Assembly: GCA_017554325.1 (NCBI GenBank)
Contig: JAFZIP010000005.1
Coordinates: 128,211-192,210, forward strand
Source of the DNA: Bacteroidales bacterium
Lineage (GTDB): Bacteria > Bacteroidota > Bacteroidia > Bacteroidales > WCHB1-69
Direction: 5' to 3'
Length of the DNA stretch: 64,000 nt
The notes under the pieces are model-generated. The model saw only the letters and a program-made list of their open reading frames with translations, ran no database searches and was not told the DNA's origin. Of this stretch, positions 28,549-36,281 are shown piece after piece. Numbering within the stretch: position 1 is the stretch's first letter; every line of letters begins with the position of its first letter. A program made the translations under genes and the position numbers.

Positions 28549-30156
28549 TTAGTTTACACGTCTCAAAACGATACGGAAGCCTAAAGTAGCGTCGCGGCCG
28601 TTGTGTTCAATCTCGCGGCCGTGGTAGGAATATCTGCAAGTTAAAGGCTCGCTGCCGTAGCAACCGCCACAACCTACAATACGATTGCCTGACACAGGAC
28701 CGGTATAGTCGGTGCCCTGGTTAGCAGGAAGGTCGGCCAGATCGGCATACCAATCGTTGCAGTATTCCCAGACGTTGCCGCTTAGGTCGTAGATGCCGAG
28801 CTCGTTGGGCTGCTTGGAGGCCACGAAGTGGGATGCATGGTCGGCGTTGGCGGAATACCAAGCCACATTGCCTATTGTGTTTGAACCAGCGTAGATGTAG
28901 CCATGCGACTTACGTCCGCCGTGGGCGGCATAGTGCCATTCGGCCTCCGTTGCGAGGGCAAACTGCATCCCAGAGGGCAACTGGTCGGCACACATTGCGT
29001 TCAACTTGTCGAGGAAGCCGCCGCTCTTGGTGAGGTCCTCATAGTTAACCATCGTAACAGGATAGAGGCCTTCGCTCTCGGTTTGGCCTTGGGGTTTCGA
29101 ACCCATGACAGTTTCCCAGATATAGTTCATCGTTTCGGTTTGGCACATATAGAAATCGGAAAGTGTTCCACTGACGGTTTTCTGTTCGCCGTCGCGCTCG
29201 TAAACGAGCTCATAGTTGCCGCCCTTCACTTCAACCATCGGGAGATAGTAACCGACAGTACCGTTGTTCACAGCGATGGTAAGGACGTTGTCGGGCCGGG
29301 TAGGTTCCACGAGCTTTTCTTCGTTGAAGTCATCCACAAGGACAAGTCGCAGGCCGCGGTTTTTATAGGCCTGGTGCATTCCCAGCCATGTGTGATAGGA
29401 GGTTTCGAGACCCGTCCCTCTAGTGCCGAAACTGCCGCCGCGGTTGACGCGGTAGTTGTTGTTGGCGTTGCAGACGTAGTTGAAACCTTGGTTGAGTGTG
29501 AGTTTGTCGAAATAGACAAAGTTGTCGCGGGTCCACTCCCAGACGTTGCCGGTCATGTCGTAGAGACCGAGCTCATTGGGTTGCTTCAAGCCAACGGGTT
29601 GGGTTGTGCCGTCCGAGTTGCTGGCGTACCAAGCCACTTCATCTAACGTGTTGGATCCGGCATATTGGTAGCCCTTCGACTTTTGTCCGCCGCGGGCTGC
29701 ATATTCCCACTGGGCTTCGGTGGGCAGCGCGAAGCGCTTGCCAGATGGCAGCTGGTCGGCGCACATCGCGTTCAACCTGTCGATGAAGCCACCTTCCTTG
29801 ACGATGTCGTAATAGTTCACATTGCTGACGGGGTATGAGTCGCCATTGTTTGTCTGTCCTTCGGGTCTCCATCCCATAACAGCAGCCCAAAGCCTGTTGG
29901 TCACCTCGACGGGACAGATGTAAAAGTCGGAGAGCCTTCCGGTGACGGTGGTCACTTGGTTTTCGTACATATACTCCATAGAGTAATCCCCACCTTCCAC
30001 TTTTTTCATAATAATGTCAGTGGAATTATTCACCTTGAAGGTGAGCGTCTCTTCGCCCCACTGGTTGTTGTTTAAATTGTCCTTGTCGCAGCCGGTGAGG
30101 GTCGCAGCACCGCAGATAAGGGTAGCGGCGAGCACCCAAAACTTCATTCTTTTCAT
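28549..30156 (-). CDS. Lipoprotein with two tandem FGE/SUMF1-type (sulfatase-modifying-factor-like) domains
   Basis: 535 aa with a lipobox (LTGC). Two ~260-aa repeats share LNAMCADQLPSG, the (T/A)EA(Q/E)WEYAA(R/H)GG consensus block, and NELG(L/I)YD(M/L)(T/S)GNVWE(W/Y). Confidence 0.8.
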   Translation of the reverse strand: MKRMKFWVLAATLICGAATLTGCDKDNLNNNQWGEETLTFKVNNSTDIIMKKVEGGDYSMEYMYENQVTTVTGRLSDFYICPVEVTNRLWAAVMGWRPEGQTNNGDSYPVSNVNYYDIVKEGGFIDRLNAMCADQLPSGKRFALPTEAQWEYAARGGQKSKGYQYAGSNTLDEVAWYASNSDGTTQPVGLKQPNELGLYDMTGNVWEWTRDNFVYFDKLTLNQGFNYVCNANNNYRVNRGGSFGTRGTGLETSYHTWLGMHQAYKNRGLRLVLVDDFNEEKLVEPTRPDNVLTIAVNNGTVGYYLPMVEVKGGNYELVYERDGEQKTVSGTLSDFYMCQTETMNYIWETVMGSKPQGQTESEGLYPVTMVNYEDLTKSGGFLDKLNAMCADQLPSGMQFALATEAEWHYAAHGGRKSHGYIYAGSNTIGNVAWYSANADHASHFVASKQPNELGIYDLSGNVWEYCNDWYADLADLPANQGTDYTGPVSGNRIVGCGGCYGSEPLTCRYSYHGREIEHNGRDATLGFRIVLRRVN

Positions 30157-30223
30157 TGTGCTTTTAATTTATTTACTTGTAATGAACTAAATATTCTCTT
30201 CGTAAGCAAATCTTTTTTTATAG

Positions 30224-30628
30224 TTACGTTAAGGTTATCTCTGGATGTTGCACCGACAATGGCAGGCCTTCCTGCGAGAGGTAGAACATGTAGAGGATGA
30301 CCGGCTTGGTGCCGCGGTTTTCTCCGTGGTGGACGGTGCCGACCATCTCCACAACGACCTCGCCCTCGTGCACCACCTTCTCCTTGCCGTCCTCGCTGAC
30401 GATAGTCAGCTCGCCCTGCACCAATATGCCATGGTTCATCACGGGATGGTGGTGCCAGCTTAATTTTTGGCCGGCAGGAATCTCATACTTCACGGCCACC
30501 AGTTCGGGGCGGCCTTGCAGGTAATCGGGCAGCTCCACGCCATCCCAGCTCTGGCTGGTGCGTATCAGTTCAGTAGTCTGCACTTGCTGCATGTTTTTTT
30601 CTTCTTGAGCGTCATGCGTCCAGTTCAT
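30224..30628 (-). CDS. Cupin-domain protein
   Basis: 134 aa with a cupin pattern (SWHHHPVMNHG ... GTVHHGEN). An alternative start is MQQVQ at 30592. Confidence 0.7.
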   Translation of the reverse strand: MNWTHDAQEEKNMQQVQTTELIRTSQSWDGVELPDYLQGRPELVAVKYEIPAGQKLSWHHHPVMNHGILVQGELTIVSEDGKEKVVHEGEVVVEMVGTVHHGENRGTKPVILYMFYLSQEGLPLSVQHPEITLT

Positions 30629-30771
30629 AATTATTCAACCTAATTAACACCAAATTTAAAAAACTTGCAAAAATACTCGTTTTTTCCAAAAAAATCAAGT
30701 CGGCAGGGGTTTTGCAACGCACCACCGTCTGACTGAGATTTTGGCGTCCCTTGCGGGGCTAAATTTAATTT

Positions 30772-30894
30772 ATGAACATCCTTTCAAAACGCTTCGCCCG
30801 CTACGCCCCCATCGACCTCGGCATCGCCAAAAGCCACTTCGAGATTGGCGCCGAGGAAGGGAGTTTTGAGTGGGTGAAAAAGGTGATGAGGTAA
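30772..30894 (+). pseudogene. 3' fragment of a nitroreductase paralog (copy of the end of 35430-36122)
   Basis: KRFARYAPIDLGIAKSHFEIGAEEGSFEWV matches KRFAFFASYAPIDLGIAKCHFEISAGERSFEWV. The core TACGCCCCCATCGACCTCGGCATCGCCAAA is identical at the DNA level. Confidence 0.75.
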
Positions 30895-30985
30895 TCTGCT
30901 CCAAATAATCGCCGTAGATCACGCCATCGTCGCGAAGGACGTTGGCCATATTCCAAATTTTCGATATGATGGTGGATTCGGTCAT
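30890..30985 (-). pseudogene. N-terminal stub (~32 codons) of a type I R-M methyltransferase gene (hsdM)
   Basis: MTESTIISKIWNMANVLRDDGVIYGDYLEQIT fits the HsdM N-terminal pattern (K-L/I-W...LRD-D/G-GV.Y..Y). The frame then runs into the antisense of the nitroreductase fragment. Confidence 0.65.
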
Positions 30986-31000
30986 AAAAACCTATCTATT

Positions 31001-31705
31001 TTACAATCCATAATACAATTTAATGGCAACACCGACAAATATTGCTATTGAAAAGCTCAACAATGTACCTATCAATACATATTCCGACTTCGCCTTGTCG
31101 CCTTCGGCAAAACGCAGAAGTGATTTTGCAGCTATGATAAATCCAACAGCTTCATATTGTCCTAAAAGCACAAACACTAACGATAAAAGTCGTTCCACAA
31201 CACCTATCAGTTTTCCCGCATTGGGTAAATCTTCTGAATCATTATCCTCACTTCCTTTGTTCACTTTGATATTGGTAACCTTGAAAATTTCTTTGATTAT
31301 TATATTTGAGGGTTTTACACAAATAAGAACGCCCAACGACAGGGCTATAGACTTTTCTTCCACACCACTCACCCATTCAGGCAAGTTGCCTTTCCACAGA
31401 TAGCAAGCCGCCACAATCACAATCAAATGTAACAACTGATCGATAAAGAAAATAGATTTACATTTGGATGCATAACATTTCATGGCATCGACAAGCAAAT
31501 GAGTGGCGGCAACAATCAGCGCCACCCACCAAAAATTGAATGAAAATGACAAAAGCCAAGCGCACAAAAAGGTTATCAAGACATGTATATAAAGTTTCGG
31601 TGACTTAAAGCCTCTTTGTGCTTTATCCGCACACGACTTGTCATTCTGCAAATAGAAATCGCTGATGGTATGAGCTATTATTTGTAATAATAATAATCGT
31701 ATCAT
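31001..31705 (-). CDS. Polytopic membrane protein, DUF3307-like
   Basis: About 234 aa from MIRLLLLQIIAHTISDFYLQ (ATG 31705; the track start is 31759). It has multiple TM helices with His/Asp motifs (AHTISDFYLQ, ATHLLVDAMK). The ATG lies 2 nt after the upstream stop. Confidence 0.65.
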   Translation of the reverse strand: MIRLLLLQIIAHTISDFYLQNDKSCADKAQRGFKSPKLYIHVLITFLCAWLLSFSFNFWWVALIVAATHLLVDAMKCYASKCKSIFFIDQLLHLIVIVAACYLWKGNLPEWVSGVEEKSIALSLGVLICVKPSNIIIKEIFKVTNIKVNKGSEDNDSEDLPNAGKLIGVVERLLSLVFVLLGQYEAVGFIIAAKSLLRFAEGDKAKSEYVLIGTLLSFSIAIFVGVAIKLYYGL

Positions 31706-31707
31706 GG

Positions 31708-32400
31708 CTAAAAATTTATTTGTTCGAAATACTTCAACAACTGCTCGACCGCATTCCAACCAAACAATGTTGAGTGTTGATTCACAGCAGATTGCTTGAT
31801 TCCCAACTTTTCGGATATTTCGTTCTCGTTGTTTCCTAACAGACGATAGTATATGACTTCACATTGACGCCCCGTTGCTCGTTTAAACAGCACATCCAAG
31901 AATCCCAGATATGCATTTATCTGTTGCGATAATTTTGCATCTGAAGACTCAAAAAACAAGGTGTTTTTTATCACTATTTTTGATTTGTTCGAAGTTCTCT
32001 GGTGTTCTATTGCTCTTCCGGAAGCATAAATAGCCTCACCATCAAGCATATTGGTCCGTTTGTTGACAACACGCATTTCTCCTACGGCAATGGCGATTCT
32101 CACACCGTATGTCTTAAACATGCCCAAACGCTTCTTATCCGAATCCTGTCCCACACTCTCCGCATCAACCTTGAACTTCTTTATCAATGTTTTTAAAAGC
32201 AAGGCTATTCGCAATGAATCTTGCGGGTTGTCAATATAAATCTCCACGCTATCACCTTTACTCAAGCGCCCCCAAGTGCCTTTGTACTCATTTCCCAATT
32301 GCTTGACAAAGGCTTTGATTTCGCTCTGCAATTGATTTAACGCACTGGTTTTAAGTTCTGTAGAAGACACTATATCCGCTGAAATTGTCGCTTTATTCAT
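31708..32400 (-). CDS. SatD-like protein: nucleotide-cyclase-fold domain plus C-terminal sigma70-r4/LuxR-type HTH
   Basis: About 230 aa from MNKATISADIVSSTEL (ATG 32400; the track start 32442 would fall inside the operator repeats). Cyclase-like blocks are ISADIVSST, KGDSVEIYI, VRIAIAVGEM and LDGEAIYASGRAIE. The HTH is CEVIYYRLLGNNENEISEKLGIKQSAVNQH. Confidence 0.6.
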   Translation of the reverse strand: MNKATISADIVSSTELKTSALNQLQSEIKAFVKQLGNEYKGTWGRLSKGDSVEIYIDNPQDSLRIALLLKTLIKKFKVDAESVGQDSDKKRLGMFKTYGVRIAIAVGEMRVVNKRTNMLDGEAIYASGRAIEHQRTSNKSKIVIKNTLFFESSDAKLSQQINAYLGFLDVLFKRATGRQCEVIYYRLLGNNENEISEKLGIKQSAVNQHSTLFGWNAVEQLLKYFEQINF

Positions 32401-32416
32401 AGATTTTATTTTTTTG

Positions 32417-32424
32417 CAAAAATA
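32417..32424 (-). promoter_or_regulatory. Candidate -7 promoter box (TATTTTTG on the minus strand) for the SatD-like operon
   Basis: Matches TAnnTTTG and lies 16 nt upstream of ATG 32400. Confidence 0.4.
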
Positions 32425-32430
32425 CAAAAA

Positions 32431-32512
32431 TTTATAAGCCAAACAACTTATAAATGGTATTTATAAGCCAAATAACTTATAAATAGTGTTTATAAGCCAA
32501 ACAGCTTATAAA
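32431..32512. repeat. Three tandem 24-bp palindromes TTTATAAG-N8-CTTATAAA with a 29-bp period (candidate operator or iterons)
   Basis: Copies lie at 32431-32454, 32460-32483 and 32489-32512. The half-sites are perfect reverse complements. Only the spacers differ (CCAAACAA, CCAAATAA, CCAAACAG). Confidence 0.85.
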
Positions 32513-32594
32513 TACTACGGTGGCTTCGACAGGCGTAGCGTGGTGTGACACGAGCGCGATAGCACGTCATGCAGTGGCAAGCAATGCGCAGTCT

Positions 32595-32637
32595 GGTGCT
32601 ATTTGCACTGCGTGCGTGCCGCCTCTCCAAGGCGATG
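32595..32637. promoter_or_regulatory. Conserved non-coding block, copy B
   Basis: GGTGCTATTTGCACTGCGTGCGTGCCGCCTCTCCAAGGCGATG is nearly identical to 23359-23401. Confidence 0.5.
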
Positions 32638-32736
32638 TGCCTGAAAGCAAGTTTTTTTTTGCAATGTGAAAGGCAATAACACAAACTTGTTTTGTCGCAA
32701 TTATTTCTATTTTTGCAACAAATTTGAATCACGATT

Positions 32737-33204
32737 ATGCCCACCCTCACTATCCGCCACAAACGACACTGGTATGAGCCGAAGCTGCTGCATGCAGTCT
32801 TCCTGAACGGCTACTATGCCGGTACGCTGAAGGATGGCCGACTGCAGGGCGAGGTGCCGCCGGGCAGCTACGCACTTCGGGTGCAGTTCGGCGGAATCAT
32901 CCCGATTGGCAAGAAAGGCAAGCGCATCGACCTGTCGGTGTCATCGACAGAGCAGGTGGAGGTTCCTCTAACTGGCGAGATGGTCTGCGAGTTTCACGAC
33001 CGCGAACGGCTGTGGAACATCCTTTTCGACATCGACCTCATACTTTGGATCGTGTCTTGGTTCGTGCAGATGCCGCCACTCTACAAAATCCTCTCCAATG
33101 CCTTCTTCGCCATTTGGCTGGTTCGGCTGGTGATTATCCGGAAGCAGTATTACAAGATTGTGACGACCTATACTTCTCCCGCAAAGAATATAGAGAATCC
33201 GTAA
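32737..33204 (+). CDS. Small membrane protein of unknown function (soluble N-domain plus 2 C-terminal TM helices)
   Basis: 155 aa with the TM region LILWIVSWFVQMPPLYKILSNAFFAIWLVRLVII. A TATTTTTG box lies at 32708-32715. This is the full-length member of a family with stubs at 23488 and 36205. Confidence 0.6.
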   Translation: MPTLTIRHKRHWYEPKLLHAVFLNGYYAGTLKDGRLQGEVPPGSYALRVQFGGIIPIGKKGKRIDLSVSSTEQVEVPLTGEMVCEFHDRERLWNILFDIDLILWIVSWFVQMPPLYKILSNAFFAIWLVRLVIIRKQYYKIVTTYTSPAKNIENP

Positions 33205-33237
33205 AATGAAATCATCAAATAACAAAAACAAGAAGTT

Positions 33238-34131
33238 ATGAAACACACCATTATTTTGCTGGCCGCGATAATACTGATGGCCACCTCATGCCGCAACGGC
33301 AATACACAAGCCCAAACGACGGACACCCCTCATGATCCCGTCATCACCATAACCACAAAGGACGGTGTCTCGTTGCTCATAAAGGACAATCAACCCTTGA
33401 TTTTCGGACTGGTGGATAAGGAGAACGAGATGCCGAAAGAGCTCTTTCTCGGCTCCTACAACGATACTTTGCTCACCTCCCTGATGCCCACAGGAGCCTC
33501 GCGTTCGGCCATCAACGCCTTCATAGCCGTCGATTCATTAAATACAATCCTCTTTGACGCCGGACTGGGCGCCGACAATGGCGGTCATTTGCTGGAAAAA
33601 ATGAAAAATGCTGAGTTTGACCCTGCAAAGGTGACCGCGGTGTGTCTCACGCACCTGCACTTCGACCATATCGGTGGCCTGCTGCTCAATGGCCACGCAG
33701 CGTTCCCCAACGCAACCCTCTACCTCTCACAAGAGGAGTATGACGCATGGAGCGATGGCGGTCCGTTAGCGAAAAACAACGGTATGTGGAAAAAAGTGAT
33801 GGAGGCTTACAGAGGACATATCAAGACCATCCACGATGGCGAGGAACTCTTCAACGGCATGGTCGTCGCCAAGCTTGCGCCTGGCCACACCCCGGGCCAT
33901 ACCGTTTATGAAGTGGCTGGAATCTGTCTCATCGCCGGCGACCTGCTCCACGCCCAAGACCTCCAATTGGATCATCCGCAATTCTGTGCCCGCTATGACA
34001 CAGATCCGGCACAGGCCGTCGCCACACGCACACGCATCTTCAAGAGCGTACGCGAAAACGGCCAATATCTTGCGGGAGCCCACTGCTACGAGCATTTCAT
34101 CAATCTCCGCGACCGCAGCAAGAAACAATAA
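33238..34131 (+). CDS. MBL-fold metallo-hydrolase lipoprotein
   Basis: 297 aa with a lipobox (MATSC) and the HxHxDH motif LTHLHFDHIGG. Confidence 0.85.
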   Translation: MKHTIILLAAIILMATSCRNGNTQAQTTDTPHDPVITITTKDGVSLLIKDNQPLIFGLVDKENEMPKELFLGSYNDTLLTSLMPTGASRSAINAFIAVDSLNTILFDAGLGADNGGHLLEKMKNAEFDPAKVTAVCLTHLHFDHIGGLLLNGHAAFPNATLYLSQEEYDAWSDGGPLAKNNGMWKKVMEAYRGHIKTIHDGEELFNGMVVAKLAPGHTPGHTVYEVAGICLIAGDLLHAQDLQLDHPQFCARYDTDPAQAVATRTRIFKSVRENGQYLAGAHCYEHFINLRDRSKKQ

Positions 34132-34158
34132 TTTCTCGTTTAATTTATTTGTCCCAAC

Positions 34159-35364
34159 ATGAAGAAACTCTCTCTTACCGCTCAAATCGGCATCGCCCTC
34201 GTGTTGGCGGTAATCGCCGGCATCATACTGCGCAATCAAGCCAGCTTTGTCAGCACCTACATCCAACCTATCGGCATCATCTTCCTCAACCTGCTGAAAT
34301 TCATCGTAGTGCCGCTGGTGCTCTTCTCCATCATGGCGGGCATCCTCTCAATGAACGACATCTCCAAAGTGGGCAAATTAGGGCTCCGCGCCCTGATCTA
34401 TTTCATGACGACAACCCTCTTCGCTGTATCGCTAGGACTGGTGGTGCCGTCCCTGCTGAAGGGCATACTCCCGCTCATCCGTATCAATACGGAGGCGGCG
34501 GAGACTATCGAAACGCCGCATCTGTCGGTGATGGACCAGCTAGTCAATATGTTCCCGAAGAACATCCTCGAGCCCGTAAGCTCGATGGCGATGATGCAAA
34601 TCATTGTGATCGCCCTGTTTTTCGGCATTGCAATGGTGCATGTGGGCGAGAAGGGTGAGATGGCCCGCAAGGTGACCCTCAGTTTCAACGACGTGGTGGG
34701 CAAAATCTTGGAGTACATCATGGCGTTGGCGCCCATCGGCGTGTTCTGTATGCTCACGCCCGTGGTGGTGGAAAACGGGCCGGCGGTGCTCGGCTCTTAT
34801 GCAGCTCTGTTAGCCTTGGCCTACTTTTGCTTCGCCATCCATGCGGGCGTGGTCTATGCCTCTGCAGTGGGATTGCTGGGCAAGATTTCCCCGCTGAAAT
34901 TCTTCAAAGAGATGCAGCCGGCCATGCTGTTCGCCTTCTCCAGCGACTCGTCGGTGGCCACGCTGCCCTACACGATGCAGTGTACGGAAAAGATGGGTGT
35001 CAACAAGGACATCGGTCGTTTTGTACTCTCGTTGGGCGCGACCATCAACATGGACGGAGTGGCCATCTATTTGGGAGTGGCCTCGGTATTCATGGCTGCC
35101 TGCTGCGGCATCGACCTCACGATGAGCCAGTACATGGCTATAGCATTTGCTTCTACCGTGGCCTCCATCGGCACACCGGGCATCCCGGGCGGCAGTTTGG
35201 CCCTGATGGCAATGGTGTTCGCCTCGGCGGGCATTCCGGTGGAGTGCGTGGCCGTGGCCGCCGGCATCGACCGCATCATTGACATGGGCCGTACGGTCAT
35301 GTCCGTCACCGGCGACGCCTCCTGCGCAGTGGTGATGCAAAGGATTGTGGGAAAGAAGTTGTGA
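34159..35364 (+). CDS. Dicarboxylate/amino acid:cation symporter (DAACS family)
   Basis: 401 aa and polytopic, with SSDSSVATLP and NMDG motifs typical of GltP/SstT-type carriers. Confidence 0.85.
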   Translation: MKKLSLTAQIGIALVLAVIAGIILRNQASFVSTYIQPIGIIFLNLLKFIVVPLVLFSIMAGILSMNDISKVGKLGLRALIYFMTTTLFAVSLGLVVPSLLKGILPLIRINTEAAETIETPHLSVMDQLVNMFPKNILEPVSSMAMMQIIVIALFFGIAMVHVGEKGEMARKVTLSFNDVVGKILEYIMALAPIGVFCMLTPVVVENGPAVLGSYAALLALAYFCFAIHAGVVYASAVGLLGKISPLKFFKEMQPAMLFAFSSDSSVATLPYTMQCTEKMGVNKDIGRFVLSLGATINMDGVAIYLGVASVFMAACCGIDLTMSQYMAIAFASTVASIGTPGIPGGSLALMAMVFASAGIPVECVAVAAGIDRIIDMGRTVMSVTGDASCAVVMQRIVGKKL

Positions 35365-35429
35365 TGTACCCCAAGCATAGAGCGTTAATTGAACGGAATT
35401 GTACGAAATAACCATTAAATACCCTCATA

Positions 35430-36122
35430 ATGACCTTACAAGAAGCCATTGTTGCCCGCCACAGTGTGCGGCAATACATCGAACAGCCCATCGAGGCGGA
35501 GAAAATCCAGCAGTTGCAAGAGTTTATCGACCAATGCAACCTCGACGGGAACCTGCACATCCAGCTGGTGACCGATGAACCGAATGCCTTTTCCAGCATT
35601 ATCGCCCATTACAGCAAGTTCCGCGGCGTGCGCAACTACATCGCCATGGTCTGCAAGAAGGGCGACGACGTGAACCTTGGCTACTACGGCGAGAAGGTGG
35701 TGCTGTTGGCTCAGACGCTCGGGTTGAACACCTGCTGGGTGGGTGCCTCCTACCGCAAACAGCCCGACCGATACAAAGTGGAATGCGACGAGACGTTAGT
35801 CTGTGTGGTGTCGCTCGGCTACGGCGTCACGCAAGGGGTGCCGCACCCGCTGAAACGAACCGTCGCCGACGTGACGGAAGACCGCCGCACGACCGACCAC
35901 GGCAAGGCCTTCCCCGAGTGGTTCGTGCGTGGCGTGGATGCCGCCCTGATGGCCCCCACCGCCGTCAACCAGCAGAAGTTCACCTTCATCCTCCACGACG
36001 GAAACAAGGTGGAGGCGCAAAAACGCTTCGCCTTCTTCGCCAGCTACGCCCCCATCGACCTCGGCATCGCCAAATGCCACTTCGAAATCAGCGCTGGGGA
36101 AAGGAGTTTTGAGTGGGTGTAG
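35430..36122 (+). CDS. Nitroreductase-family protein
   Basis: 230 aa with the N-terminal RHSVRQY motif and an overall nitroreductase pattern. Confidence 0.8.
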   Translation: MTLQEAIVARHSVRQYIEQPIEAEKIQQLQEFIDQCNLDGNLHIQLVTDEPNAFSSIIAHYSKFRGVRNYIAMVCKKGDDVNLGYYGEKVVLLAQTLGLNTCWVGASYRKQPDRYKVECDETLVCVVSLGYGVTQGVPHPLKRTVADVTEDRRTTDHGKAFPEWFVRGVDAALMAPTAVNQQKFTFILHDGNKVEAQKRFAFFASYAPIDLGIAKCHFEISAGERSFEWV

Positions 36123-36204
36123 GATTGTCGCATCACTCTGAGATGTTTATGACAAACAATGATTGACCAAATTATATCTTTCAGCAAGACATTCGTGGCA
36201 TAAG

Positions 36205-36265
36205 ATGTCTTTTTCGTCATTTGGCTGGTGCGGCTGATATTGATTCGAAAAAGTATTACAAATAA
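36205..36265 (+). pseudogene. 3' stub of another paralog of the 32737-33204 gene family (frameshifted)
   Basis: MSFFVIWLVRLILIRK matches AFFAIWLVRLVIIRK. The DNA aligns to 33105-33155 with a 1-nt deletion before GTATTACAA. Confidence 0.55.
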
Positions 36266-36281
36266 CAACAGTTAACCCAAC

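Noticed and set aside
30770-30985. 71-aa minus-strand ORF.
   Set aside because: It is chimeric. The first ~32 codons are an hsdM N-terminus and the rest is antisense of a nitroreductase fragment, so it is not a functional gene.
32490-32762. 90-aa minus-strand ORF spanning the SatD / small-membrane-gene intergenic region. Its look-alike is at 23281-23520.
   Set aside because: The shared ERRHARSAN peptide simply reflects the conserved 43-nt non-coding block. There is no start context or coding signature.
33205-33240. Tiny ORF MKSSNNKNKKL overlapping the start of the MBL hydrolase gene.
   Set aside because: It is 11 codons of A-rich spacer with no conservation evidence. It is most likely a chance ORF.
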